IMG/VR virus record: IMGVR_UViG_3300000052_000006
DNA from: a virus
Reading direction: 5' to 3' (one strand)
Length of the DNA: 64,000 nucleotides
Made by a program: the position numbers and the translations under genes. The notes beneath the pieces were generated by a model. It was not told the origin of the DNA, searched no databases, and was given only the letters and a program-made list of their open reading frames with translations. Of this stretch, positions 14,021 to 23,237 are shown piece after piece; within the stretch, counting starts at the first letter, position 1; every line of letters begins with the position of its first letter.

Positions 14021-14065
14021 CGTGTGAATTTTCGGCTGGTGTCCATTTTTGCGCAGAAACCCGAC

Positions 14066-14470
14066 ATGACACGACCCGCCTACAAACCGACCGCCGCAGC
14101 CAGGCGCCGCGTGGCAATCGCGGCCGGCGCGGGCATGTCGCACGAGGAGATCGCGGTCGCACTCGGGATCTCGCGCAACACGCTGGAAAAGCACTTCGAG
14201 CACGATCTCTCGGTGGGGGCCTACCAGCGGAGAATGGAAGTGCTCGCCGCGATGCATGCGGCTGCGAAAAAGGGCAATGTGGCCGCGTGCAAGGCCTACA
14301 TCGCCATGACGCCAAATCTGGCGGCACCACCGACGCCCGACGGAGACAGCAAGCCCGCCGCGAAGGCCCCGCCGATCGGCAAGAAGGCCCAGGCGCAAGA
14401 GGGCGCGAAGACAGCGCACCTCGGCACCGATTGGGCAGACTTGCTCGATAGGCCTGCGCTGCCGCAGTGA
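14066..14470 (+). CDS. terS: Terminase small subunit
   Basis: HTH (SHEEIAVALGISRNTLEKHF..L); GTGA overlap with terL. Confidence 0.8.
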   Translation: MTRPAYKPTAAARRRVAIAAGAGMSHEEIAVALGISRNTLEKHFEHDLSVGAYQRRMEVLAAMHAAAKKGNVAACKAYIAMTPNLAAPPTPDGDSKPAAKAPPIGKKAQAQEGAKTAHLGTDWADLLDRPALPQ

Positions 14471-16143
14471 GCTGGGATCTCAGCTGCCCAGACTGGGTCG
14501 AGCGGCTCAAGTCGGGTCGCTCGCTCGTGCCGACGCTGCCACTCAATGTCGCCGAGGGCGAGCGTGCGGTCGCGGTATTCAACAAGCTGCGCCTGGCCGA
14601 CGTGCCGGGTACGCCGGCGATGGCGGAAGCCGGAGGCGACTGGTTTCGTGACATCGTCCGCGCGCTGTTCGGTTCGCTCGACCCGGTCACCAAGGCGCGG
14701 ATGATCCGCGAGCTGTTCCTGCTGGTACCGAAAAAGAACAGCAAGACGACCAATGGCGCGCTGCTGATGCTGACCGCGCTGCTCCTGAACGAGCGGCCGC
14801 GCGCTCCTTTCCTACTGACTGCCCCGGTGCAGAAGACGGCCGATGAGGCGTTCTCTGCGATTGCCGGCGCGATCGCGCTCGACCCGGTGCTCGATGCGAA
14901 GCTTCATGTGCGCGATCACCTGAAGATGATCCTTCACCGCGAGACGAATGCGCGACTGGAGATCACCACCTTCGACCCAGCCATCATGACCGGCAAGAAG
15001 GTCGTCGGTGCGCTGGTCGATGAAGAGCATGTGCTCGGCAAGATGGCGCGGGCCGACAAGGCGATGCTGCAGTTGCGTGGCGGCATGCAGCCGTTCCCCG
15101 AGGCGTTCCTCGCGATCATCACGACGCAGAGCGACGAAGCCCCTGCCGGGGTCTTCCGGGACGATTTGAAGAAAGCGCGTGATGTGCGTGACGGCAAGCG
15201 GCAGAGCGCCATCCTGCCGGTGCTCTACGAGTTCCCGGACGAGATGCAGCGCGACCGGAACAAGCCGTGGCGCGATCCGGCGGTGTGGTCGCTCGTAACA
15301 CCGAACGTCAATCGCTCGATCTCGATCGACCGCCTGGCTGCCGACTTCGCCGACGAAGAGGCAAAAGGCGAGGCGGCACTGCGGCTATGGGCCTCGCAGC
15401 ACCTGAATATCGAGATCGGCGTGGTGCTGCGCTCTGACGGTTGGGCTGGGGCTGACTTCTGGGAACAGGCGACTGACTTTGCGGTAACGCTCGACTACGT
15501 CCTTGCGCGCTGTGAGGTCGCGGTGATCGGGATCGACGGGGGCGGCCTGGACGATCTGCTCGGCCTGACGGTGGTCGGGCGCGAGCGCGAGACGCGCCGC
15601 TGGCTCACATGGAGCCACGCTTGGGCGCACAAGATCGTGCTCGAGCGCCGCAAGGAAATTGCCCCTCGGCTGCTCGACTTCGTGCAGGCGGGCGACCTGA
15701 CGCTGGTCGAGCGCCCGGGCGACGACGTCCAGGGGGTGGCCGACGCCGTGTGCCGCGTGAAGGACGCTGGCCTGCTGCCAGACGAGAAGGCGGTCGGCGT
15801 TGATGCGGCCGGGATCACCGATGTCGTCGACGAGCTCGTCACCGAGACACGCGGCATCACCCTCGATCAGATCGTTGCGATCAGCCAGGGTTGGCGGCTG
15901 AACGGGGCGATCAAGACCACCGAGCGCAAGGTCGCCGGACGCGAACTGATCCACGGCGGGCAGCCGCTCATGGCTTGGTGCGTCGGAAATGCCCGCGTCG
16001 AAGAGAAGGGCAACGCGATCTCGGTGACCAAGCAGGCGAGCGGCAAAGCCAAGATCGATCCGCTGATGGCGCTTTTCGACGCTGTGTCGCTGATGGCGCT
16101 GAACCCGGCTGCGTCCGGGCGTTCATTTTGGGAGTCCGCGTGA
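14467..16143 (+). CDS. terL: Terminase large subunit
   Basis: Walker A VPKKNSKT, Walker B LVDEEH, nuclease GIDGG, C-terminal KIDPLMA. Confidence 0.95.
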   Translation: MSWDLSCPDWVERLKSGRSLVPTLPLNVAEGERAVAVFNKLRLADVPGTPAMAEAGGDWFRDIVRALFGSLDPVTKARMIRELFLLVPKKNSKTTNGALLMLTALLLNERPRAPFLLTAPVQKTADEAFSAIAGAIALDPVLDAKLHVRDHLKMILHRETNARLEITTFDPAIMTGKKVVGALVDEEHVLGKMARADKAMLQLRGGMQPFPEAFLAIITTQSDEAPAGVFRDDLKKARDVRDGKRQSAILPVLYEFPDEMQRDRNKPWRDPAVWSLVTPNVNRSISIDRLAADFADEEAKGEAALRLWASQHLNIEIGVVLRSDGWAGADFWEQATDFAVTLDYVLARCEVAVIGIDGGGLDDLLGLTVVGRERETRRWLTWSHAWAHKIVLERRKEIAPRLLDFVQAGDLTLVERPGDDVQGVADAVCRVKDAGLLPDEKAVGVDAAGITDVVDELVTETRGITLDQIVAISQGWRLNGAIKTTERKVAGRELIHGGQPLMAWCVGNARVEEKGNAISVTKQASGKAKIDPLMALFDAVSLMALNPAASGRSFWESA

Positions 16144-16298
16144 AATCACTGCTCCAATCGATGCTACCGGACGCGCTGATGGTCGCCGGGACAGCCTGCG
16201 TGTCATATGGTGCGTGGCTGGTGTATGAACCGGCCGGATTTATCGCGGGCGGCGTGCTGCTGGTGACGGCCGGCGTCCTGACCGCGAGGGTGAAGTAA
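16140..16298 (+). CDS. Small membrane protein between terL and portal
   Basis: DALMVAG...YGAWLVYEPAGFIAGGVLL, typical of HK97-like packaging modules. Confidence 0.7.
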   Translation: MKSLLQSMLPDALMVAGTACVSYGAWLVYEPAGFIAGGVLLVTAGVLTARVK

Positions 16299-17494
16299 TG
16301 GGCATCCTGGCTCGTGCCTTCGAACAGAAAGCGGTTGATCCGCTATCCGTTTGGGCCGAAATGATGCGTGCTGGCCGTGCGTCCAAGTCCGGGCAGACGA
16401 TCAACCTGGAGAACACCCTTCGCGTCGGAACGGCACTCGCCTGCATGCGCGAGATCGCGCAGGGCTGCGCACAGGTTCCGTTCAAGCTGTTCCTCGGCGA
16501 TGAGAAGGCGGAAGGTCATCCGCTGTACGACCTGCTGGCGATGCAGCCGAACGACTGGAGTACGTCGTTCGAATTCATCGAGACGCTGCTCATGCATGCG
16601 AGCCTGGGCAACGGCTATGTGTTCAAGAACGTGGTCCGCGGGCGTATTGCCGAGCTGATCATTCTGAACCCGGGGCGCGTCCAGAAAGAGCAGAAGCCGG
16701 ATTACAGCGTCATTTACAAGGTGACCGCACCCAGCGGCGCCGAGCAGGAATTCCCCGCCGAGGCGATCTGGCATGTCCGTGGGCCGAGTTGGGACGGCGT
16801 GACCGGCATGGACATCATGAGCCTGGCGCGCGAAGCGCTCGGACTGTCGATCGCGACAGAAGGGAGCCACGCCAAGCTGCACGAGAAAGGGGTCAGGCCG
16901 TCTGGCGTCTATTCGGTTGAGGGGTCGCTGAGCGAACCGCAGTACAAGGCCCTGAAGCGCTGGATCGAGATGGAGTTCGGCGGCGCAGAGAACGCCGGTA
17001 CCCCGATGATCCTTGACCGCGCGGCGAAGTGGATCAGCACTGCGATGTCCGGTGTTGATTCCCAGCACCTGGAGACGCGAAAGCACCAGATCGAGGAGGT
17101 GTGCCGGTTCTTCGGCGTCTTCCCGATGATCGTCTTCCACAGCGACAAGACCAGCACCTTCGCGTCATCGGAGTCGTTTTTCGAGGCGAACAACAAGCTC
17201 ACGCTCTCGCGCTGGTACCGACGTGTCGAGATGTCGGCGACGGTGAACCTGCTGACCAGGCGCGAGCGGCAATCGGGCCTCTTTTTCAAGTTCGTCGCAA
17301 ACGGGCTGCTGCGCGGCTCCGCGAAGGATCGTGCCGAGTACTACGCTCGAGCGCTCGGCTCTGGCGGCCACCCGGGCTGGATGACGCCGGACGAAGTGCG
17401 GGCACTCGAAGAACTGAACCCGATGGGCGGCGACGCGGCCAAGCTGCCGGCGCCAACCAATCAGACATCTGTACCGGCCAAGGAAACGCCATGA
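16298..17494 (+). CDS. HK97-family portal protein
   Basis: HPLYDLL..QPN, GNGY, IWHVRG, FGGAENAG, IEEVCRFFGV, WMTPDEVR. Confidence 0.95.
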   Translation: MGILARAFEQKAVDPLSVWAEMMRAGRASKSGQTINLENTLRVGTALACMREIAQGCAQVPFKLFLGDEKAEGHPLYDLLAMQPNDWSTSFEFIETLLMHASLGNGYVFKNVVRGRIAELIILNPGRVQKEQKPDYSVIYKVTAPSGAEQEFPAEAIWHVRGPSWDGVTGMDIMSLAREALGLSIATEGSHAKLHEKGVRPSGVYSVEGSLSEPQYKALKRWIEMEFGGAENAGTPMILDRAAKWISTAMSGVDSQHLETRKHQIEEVCRFFGVFPMIVFHSDKTSTFASSESFFEANNKLTLSRWYRRVEMSATVNLLTRRERQSGLFFKFVANGLLRGSAKDRAEYYARALGSGGHPGWMTPDEVRALEELNPMGGDAAKLPAPTNQTSVPAKETP

Positions 17495-18153
17495 CGACAC
17501 AGACCATCGATTTTCCCTGCGAACTGAAGGCCACCGGCGACGCCGGCACCTTCGAGGGCTACGGCAGCGTCTTCAACATCACCGACCTCGGTGGCGACAT
17601 CGTTGTGCCGGGGGCGTTTGCCGAGACCCTGGCCGCCGCCAAGGCCGCAGGCCGGCTGCCGGCCATGCTGTGGCAGCACCGCCAGGCCGAGCCGATCGGC
17701 GTCTATACGTCGATGGAAGAGGACAGCGTCGGCCTGAAGGTGGCCGGCACGCTCGCGCTCAAGACCACCCGCGGGGCAGAGGCGTACGAACTACTGAAGA
17801 TGGGTGCGCTCAGCGGCCTGTCGATCGGTTACCGCGTGCGCGACGACAGCTGGGACCGCGTGACCGGTATTCGCACGATCAAGAAGGCCGACCTGATCGA
17901 GCTCTCGCTCGTCACCATGCCGATGAACGATTTGGCGCGCGTTTCTGCGGTCAAGGCCATCGAAGAACTGGAGAACCTGTCGGACATCGAACGCCACCTG
18001 CGTGATGCTTGTGGCCTGTCGAGGAGCGAGGCGACCGCGCTGGTGTCTCGCATGAAGGGCGTTGTCGGCCGGAGTGATTCCGGGGAGAGCGCGGACCTGC
18101 TGATGGTTCAACGTGCGGTCGATTCCGCGTTGCGCGCCATCTGCAAACGGTAG
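17491..18153 (+). CDS. HK97-family prohead protease
   Basis: FEGYGSVF, MLWQH, GLSIGY, ELSLVTMPMN. Confidence 0.95.
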   Translation: MTTQTIDFPCELKATGDAGTFEGYGSVFNITDLGGDIVVPGAFAETLAAAKAAGRLPAMLWQHRQAEPIGVYTSMEEDSVGLKVAGTLALKTTRGAEAYELLKMGALSGLSIGYRVRDDSWDRVTGIRTIKKADLIELSLVTMPMNDLARVSAVKAIEELENLSDIERHLRDACGLSRSEATALVSRMKGVVGRSDSGESADLLMVQRAVDSALRAICKR

Positions 18154-18217
18154 AACCCCGAAGTCACAACACTTGAGCCGCCTGCGGGCGGCGCTTTCGT
18201 TCCAACAAGGAGCAATC

Positions 18218-19534
18218 ATGGAAATCAAGCAACTGGCCGACACCATCGAAAAGCTGGGGCAGGCGTGGGAAGAGCATCGCAAGACGAACGACGAACTGCT
18301 CAAGGCGAAGGCCGAGGGGAAGGCGGTCGCCGACCTCGAGGCCAAGCTCGACAAGATCGGCAAGGACATGGACGCTCTCACCGAGCTGAAGGATCAGTTC
18401 GACGCCATCGAGAAGAAGCTGAACCGTCCGCAGACCGATTCCGAGGTCAAGGCTGCGGCAGACCTCGCCGCCGAGACCAAGGGGTTCAACATCGCGCTGC
18501 GCGCAGACTACCAGCTGCGCGGCAAGGCCTTCCCGGGTGAGCTGACCGCCGATCAATACACGGCCTACAAGTCCGCCTTCTTCAAGGTCTCCGTCGGCGT
18601 GAAGGCCGAGGATCTGCCGGATGCCGAGCGCAAGGCTTTGCAGGCCGGCAGCGACCCGGACGGCGGCTACCTGCTGCCGCAGGCCACGACCGGTCGAGCC
18701 CTGTCGAAGATTTACGAGCAATCCGTGATGCGCCAGCTCGCCACGGTGCAGACGATCAGCACCAATGACATCGAGGGCCTGCTCGACAACGATGAGGCGG
18801 ATGCCGGCTGGGTCACTGAACTCGGCACCCGCAGCGAAACCGACACCCCGCAGGTCGGCAAGTGGCGCATCGAGGCGCACGAGATGTACGCCATGCCGAA
18901 GGCGAGCCAGAAGATCCTGGACGATGCGGCCACCGACGTCGAAGGCTGGCTGGCCGGCAAGATCGCCGACAAGTTCGCCCGCGTCGAAGGCGCCGCCTTC
19001 TGGACTGGAAACGGCGTCGGCAAGCCACGCGGCCTGGCGGACTACCCGACGGCGGCGACTGCGGACGCTTCCCGCGCATGGGGCACGTTCGAACACGTCC
19101 TCTCGGGTGCGAACGGAGACTTCCACACCACCAAGGCCGACCCGATCCAGGACCTCATCGGCGCGTTCAAGGATCAGTACCTGAACGGCGCGCAGTTCGC
19201 GATGCGCCGCGAGGTGCGTACCAAGATCCGCAAGATGAAGGAGGCCACGTCCGATCGCTACCTGTGGGAGCCTGGGCTGCAGGCCGGCCAGCCGGATCGG
19301 CTGCTCGGTTATCCGGTGCGGATCGATCAGTACATGCCCGCCCTGGCCACCGGCGCGCTGTCGCTCGCGTTCGGCGACTTCCGGCAGGCGTACCTGATCG
19401 TCGACCGCATGGGCATCCGCACGCTGCGCGACCCCTTCACCGCCAAGCCCTACGTGGTGTTCTACACCACCAAGCGCTGCGGCGCCGGCGCGCAGAACAC
19501 CGAGGCAGTGAAGTTCCTCAAGTTCTCGGCCTGA
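18218..19534 (+). CDS. HK97-fold major capsid protein
   Basis: Coiled-coil delta domain, DGGYLLP, F..G.G.GKPRG, LLGYPV, FGDF. Confidence 0.95.
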   Translation: MEIKQLADTIEKLGQAWEEHRKTNDELLKAKAEGKAVADLEAKLDKIGKDMDALTELKDQFDAIEKKLNRPQTDSEVKAAADLAAETKGFNIALRADYQLRGKAFPGELTADQYTAYKSAFFKVSVGVKAEDLPDAERKALQAGSDPDGGYLLPQATTGRALSKIYEQSVMRQLATVQTISTNDIEGLLDNDEADAGWVTELGTRSETDTPQVGKWRIEAHEMYAMPKASQKILDDAATDVEGWLAGKIADKFARVEGAAFWTGNGVGKPRGLADYPTAATADASRAWGTFEHVLSGANGDFHTTKADPIQDLIGAFKDQYLNGAQFAMRREVRTKIRKMKEATSDRYLWEPGLQAGQPDRLLGYPVRIDQYMPALATGALSLAFGDFRQAYLIVDRMGIRTLRDPFTAKPYVVFYTTKRCGAGAQNTEAVKFLKFSA

Positions 19535-19585
19535 TGAAACGGGCCGGATTGCTCCGGCCCAATCGCACTGAACAGGAGATGCACC

Positions 19586-20005
19586 ATGAAAGACTTGCTC
19601 AACAACATCCATCCGACCGGCGTTGCGGTGGTCACCGTGACCGACGATACCGCGGTGGTGTCCGGCATCATCGATCGGCGGGGCCATGACAGCCTGACCT
19701 TCCTGATCGCCTCCGGCACCTTGGCCGATGCCGATGCCACGTTTGCGGTGCTGGTGGAGGAGGGCGACGCCGCCAACCTCTCCGACGCCGCGGCAGTGGC
19801 TGATGCCGACCTGATCGGTACCGAGGCCCTGGCTGGCCTCACCTTCGCCGACGACTCCAAGGCACGCAAGGTGGGGTACAAGGGTTCGAAGCGCTACGTC
19901 CGCTGCAGCGTGACGCCGGCCAACAACACCGGCAGCGCACCGATCGCGGTCATCCCGGTTTTGGGGCATCCGAGCTTGGCCCCGACCGCCAACCCGCCCG
20001 CCTGA
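19586..20005 (+). CDS. Putative capsid cement/decoration protein (Bbp16-like)
   Basis: Beta-rich 139 aa immediately after the MCP; VGYKGSKRYVR motif. Confidence 0.55.
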   Translation: MKDLLNNIHPTGVAVVTVTDDTAVVSGIIDRRGHDSLTFLIASGTLADADATFAVLVEEGDAANLSDAAAVADADLIGTEALAGLTFADDSKARKVGYKGSKRYVRCSVTPANNTGSAPIAVIPVLGHPSLAPTANPPA

Positions 20006-20076
20006 CCGTAGCTGTTTGACGGTCGCCCCCTGCGCTGCAGGGGGTATCCGTGAACCAGCACCGCACGAGGATCCTG

Positions 20077-20661
20077 ATGGGCCTGACCCTTACCGTAGCG
20101 CCGAACGAGGAGCCGATCGGCCTCGCCGAGGCAAAGCTCCATCTGCGGGTGGACGGCAACACCGAAGATGCGCTCATCGGCGCGATCATCGTCGCCGCGC
20201 GTCAGCAGGCCGAGTACCTCACTGGCCGGGCCCTTGTCACCCAGGAGTGGTCGCTTACCGCTCCTGCGTTTCCGTACGGCGGCGATCTCTCTATCTACCT
20301 GCCGCGCCCGCCGCTGCAGGCGATCGATTCCATCACCTACCTTGATGCCGACGGCTCGCCGCAGACGCTGGCCATGGCGGCCTATCAGGTGGTGACCGAC
20401 GAACTCGTCGGCCGGGCGGTGCCCGCCTATGGTCAGTCGTGGCCGACTTGCCGGGAGATGCCCGGCGCGGTGGAGGTTGCCTTTACCGCTGGCTATGGCG
20501 CGGCCGCGGACGTACCTCAGGACATCAAGCATTGGATGCTGCTGACCATTGCGACGCTGTACGCGCAGCGCGAGGCGATCGTCATCGGCACGATCGGTGA
20601 GATCCCGCGGCAGTTCCACGATGGACTGCTCGACGGGTATCGGCTCTGGAGGGTTGCATGA
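20077..20661 (+). CDS. Head-tail connector (gp6-like)
   Basis: EPIGLAEAKLHLRVD...EDALI..I.AAR..AE..TGRAL; VPQDIK.WMLL..ATLY..RE. Confidence 0.9.
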   Translation: MGLTLTVAPNEEPIGLAEAKLHLRVDGNTEDALIGAIIVAARQQAEYLTGRALVTQEWSLTAPAFPYGGDLSIYLPRPPLQAIDSITYLDADGSPQTLAMAAYQVVTDELVGRAVPAYGQSWPTCREMPGAVEVAFTAGYGAAADVPQDIKHWMLLTIATLYAQREAIVIGTIGEIPRQFHDGLLDGYRLWRVA

Positions 20662-20984
20662 AAGCCGGGGCCCTGCGCGACCGTATCACGCTGCAGGCGA
20701 AGAGCGTGACGCGCGACGCATTCGGCGGGGAGGTCGTCAGCTGGACGACCGTTTCCACCGTATGGGCCGAGCTCAATCCGTGGCACCTGCGCGAGCAGAC
20801 GGCGCTCCGCCGCCAGTCGGGCAGGGCGACCGTGTCGTTTCGGGTGCGCACGCCGCTCGCGCTGTCGCTCGACAAGAGCGTGCTCTTCGGCGGCGTGCGC
20901 TACGACATCGCGGAGATCGACGCCTCGCGAAAGCACCTTGGCGAGCTGATGTTCATCGCACACGGAGAGGACATCACAGCATGA
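20658..20984 (+). CDS. Head closure / head-tail adaptor
   Basis: MKAGALRDRITLQ...D.FG...W..V.TVWA. Confidence 0.9.
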   Translation: MKAGALRDRITLQAKSVTRDAFGGEVVSWTTVSTVWAELNPWHLREQTALRRQSGRATVSFRVRTPLALSLDKSVLFGGVRYDIAEIDASRKHLGELMFIAHGEDITA

Positions 20985-21520
20985 ACGACGGCATCGATAT
21001 CCGGACAAACCTGCCGGCGCTGAAGGCGCACCTCAATCGCATCAGCGCGGACTTCGAGCAGAAGGTCATGCGCCAGGCGACGTCCGCCGCGGCAGTCTCG
21101 TTTCGCGGGGCCGTCAAGGCGAAGGCGCCGGTTCTGGCTGCGCCAAGAAAAGGCCGTGTCGCCGGCACCTTGAAGCGCGCGATCTACGTGAAGCGCTCAC
21201 GGGATCGGTCCTCTGGGCGCGAGCACTACTACCTGGGTGTGCGTAAGGGAAGGTCCGCGCAAAAGAGTGGGCGCGATGCCTTCTACTGGTACTTCCTCGA
21301 AGCGGGCTGGATTCCGCGCGGACGCGGCAAGAAGCTCAAGGGTGGGGAGCGCAGCCGGGCATTGCAGCGCAAGCGACTCCTCGCCGGCGGCGCCCAGAAG
21401 ATCGAGCGGCCCTTCATCAAGCCTGGATTCGAGTCCGGGAAGGGCGCAGCCCTGAAGGCGTTCTACGCGCGCGCCGAAAAGGCGATCGCCAAGTACAGCA
21501 CCGAGCAGACCCCGAGATGA
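20981..21520 (+). CDS. HK97 gp10-family tail component
   Basis: AP...GTLKRAI...DAFYWYFLE.G...RPFIKPG. Confidence 0.88.
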   Translation: MNDGIDIRTNLPALKAHLNRISADFEQKVMRQATSAAAVSFRGAVKAKAPVLAAPRKGRVAGTLKRAIYVKRSRDRSSGREHYYLGVRKGRSAQKSGRDAFYWYFLEAGWIPRGRGKKLKGGERSRALQRKRLLAGGAQKIERPFIKPGFESGKGAALKAFYARAEKAIAKYSTEQTPR

Positions 21521-21873
21521 GCGCAGAAACCGAAGCCTATGCCGTGCTGGCCACGGCAGGCACCGTCACGTCCATCACCGGCACGCGCATCTATCCGGAC
21601 TTTGTGCCGGAAGACAAGGAACTCCCGGCGATCGCGATCACGCGGACCGGGACCGAGTACATCAACACCATCCACGGCGCGGCGCCGGCGCTCGCTATCG
21701 CCACGCTCGAATTGTGGTGCATGGCGTCGAGCCGATCGGACGCGGAATCCCTCGCCGATGCCGCGCGGGACGCCATCGCCGTCAGCGATTTCACGGTCAC
21801 CGGGCGGCGCCCGGAATACGAGCCGGAAGAGAAGCTGTTCGCCGCGGTGATCACCGCAGATTTCTGGGAATAG
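21517..21873 (+). CDS. Tail terminator (DUF3168-like)
   Basis: RIYPD..PE...LPAI; position before the tail tube gene. Confidence 0.75.
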   Translation: MSAETEAYAVLATAGTVTSITGTRIYPDFVPEDKELPAIAITRTGTEYINTIHGAAPALAIATLELWCMASSRSDAESLADAARDAIAVSDFTVTGRRPEYEPEEKLFAAVITADFWE

Positions 21874-21892
21874 GGAGCAACCGCCCCTGAAC

Positions 21893-21918
21893 GAACCGGC
21901 TGCCTGGCCGGTTTTTTA
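21893..21918 (+). terminator. Intrinsic terminator-like hairpin before the tail tube gene
   Basis: AACCGGC-TGCCTG-GCCGGTT followed by TTTT. Confidence 0.6.
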
Positions 21919-21934
21919 CTTGTGGAGAAATGAA

Positions 21935-22576
21935 ATGGGAACTGCAACGAAGTGGAGCAAGGTGGCGGTGGCAATGCAGTCGGCATTGGCTGCTGCGGAC
22001 ACGATCACCGGCATTACCAAGGCGAGCACGGGCGTCGTGACGGCTACCGCGCACGGGATGGCCAACGGCGATTATGTCGTGATCACTGCGCAGGGCATGC
22101 ATCAGGTCGACGGCCGTATTTTTCGCGTTGCCAACACAACGACCGACACGTTCGAAATCGAGGGCGAGAACACCACCGATTACGACACCTTCACCTCGGG
22201 CTCCTGCCAGGCCATCACCTTCGGCACGACGATGACGACCGCGCTGGGCCTGTCCGGCTCCGGTGGCGACTTCGACTTCATCGACATCACGACCATCCAC
22301 GACAGCGTGCGCAAGCAGCTGCCCGGCCTGGCCTCGCCGGCCGCCTACACGTTCGACCACATCTGGGACGTGTCGGATGCCTGCCTTCAGGCGATGAAGG
22401 TTGCCGCCGACAACCAGGCGCTGCGCGCATTCCGTTTCACCTTCGCCAACGGGCAGAAGGTGCTCTTCACCGGCTACGTCGGCACCACGCTGCTGCCGAC
22501 CGGCAACGCGCAGGACGTCGTGAAGACGCCGAGCGTCGTGACGATGTTCGGGCGCCCCACGGTGTACGCGTCCTGA
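21935..22576 (+). CDS. Major tail tube protein
   Basis: 218-aa ORF (ATG 21935); RAFRFTFANG...F.GYV; position. Confidence 0.85.
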   Translation: MGTATKWSKVAVAMQSALAAADTITGITKASTGVVTATAHGMANGDYVVITAQGMHQVDGRIFRVANTTTDTFEIEGENTTDYDTFTSGSCQAITFGTTMTTALGLSGSGGDFDFIDITTIHDSVRKQLPGLASPAAYTFDHIWDVSDACLQAMKVAADNQALRAFRFTFANGQKVLFTGYVGTTLLPTGNAQDVVKTPSVVTMFGRPTVYAS

Positions 22577-22578
22577 TC

Positions 22579-22899
22579 ATGGTCATCCGAAAAGCTGACC
22601 TGCCGGCGCAGGATCCACTGCCGCGCGAGGAGATCGAGGTGCCCGAGCTTGGCGGCAGCGTCATCGTCCGCGGGGTCGGGCTTACCTACCGGCTGGCGAT
22701 GGCGACCGACCGCAGTTCGAAGGCGCGCGGCGTCTCGACGATGCTGGCGAACTGCGTGCTGGATGCCGACGACGAGCCGCTGATGTCTGCCGAAGCGTGG
22801 GAGGCGTGGGGCGCGAAACACATCGAGGCGTCGATGCGGCTCGCCGACGTCGCGCTGCGCCTGTCCGGGTTCAACGCCGAGGACACGGCAAAAAACTAG
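22579..22899 (+). CDS. Tail assembly chaperone (gpG-like)
   Basis: VPELGGSV.VRG; ends in slippery GCA AAA AAC TAG. Confidence 0.85.
   Translation: MVIRKADLPAQDPLPREEIEVPELGGSVIVRGVGLTYRLAMATDRSSKARGVSTMLANCVLDADDEPLMSAEAWEAWGAKHIEASMRLADVALRLSGFNAEDTAKN
22890..22896 (+). other. Programmed -1 frameshift site A AAA AAC (gpG/gpGT)
   Basis: X XXY YYZ heptamer just before the TAC stop; the -1 frame is open to 23231. Confidence 0.85.
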
Positions 22900-23231
22900 C
22901 GTGCCCGGAGCTGCGGCTGGCGATGCGGTTGGCGCTGCGGCTCGGGCGAACCCTGGAAGAACTCGGCCGCACGATGAGCGCGGCCGAGTTCGCGCTGTGG
23001 CTCGAGCTCTACCGCGAAGAGCCGTGGGACGACAGCCGCGACGATCTGCGCGCCGGGATCATCGCGGCCACCGTCGCCAACTATGCCGGGAAGGTGCGCA
23101 AGGAAGGCGTGCAGCCGGCCACGCCGCTGGACTTCATGCCGTTCGTTGCAGACGCGGGCGACGCAGAGCCGGACGAGATCGAGACGGACGAAGAGCCCGA
23201 CCCGCTGCAGCACTTCTCCCAGTACAAGTGA
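22896..23231 (+). CDS. Tail chaperone extension (gpT-like, -1 frame)
   Basis: LALRLGRTLEEL..TMSAAEF..W..LY..EPW...R.DLRAG. Confidence 0.8.
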   Translation, partial: LACPELRLAMRLALRLGRTLEELGRTMSAAEFALWLELYREEPWDDSRDDLRAGIIAATVANYAGKVRKEGVQPATPLDFMPFVADAGDAEPDEIETDEEPDPLQHFSQYK

Positions 23232-23237
23232 GCGACC

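Noticed and set aside
19531-19565. Hammerhead ribozyme (CTGATGA followed by a hairpin)
   Set aside because: No GAAA after the stem and no stems I/III; explained by the MCP stop codon plus a simple hairpin
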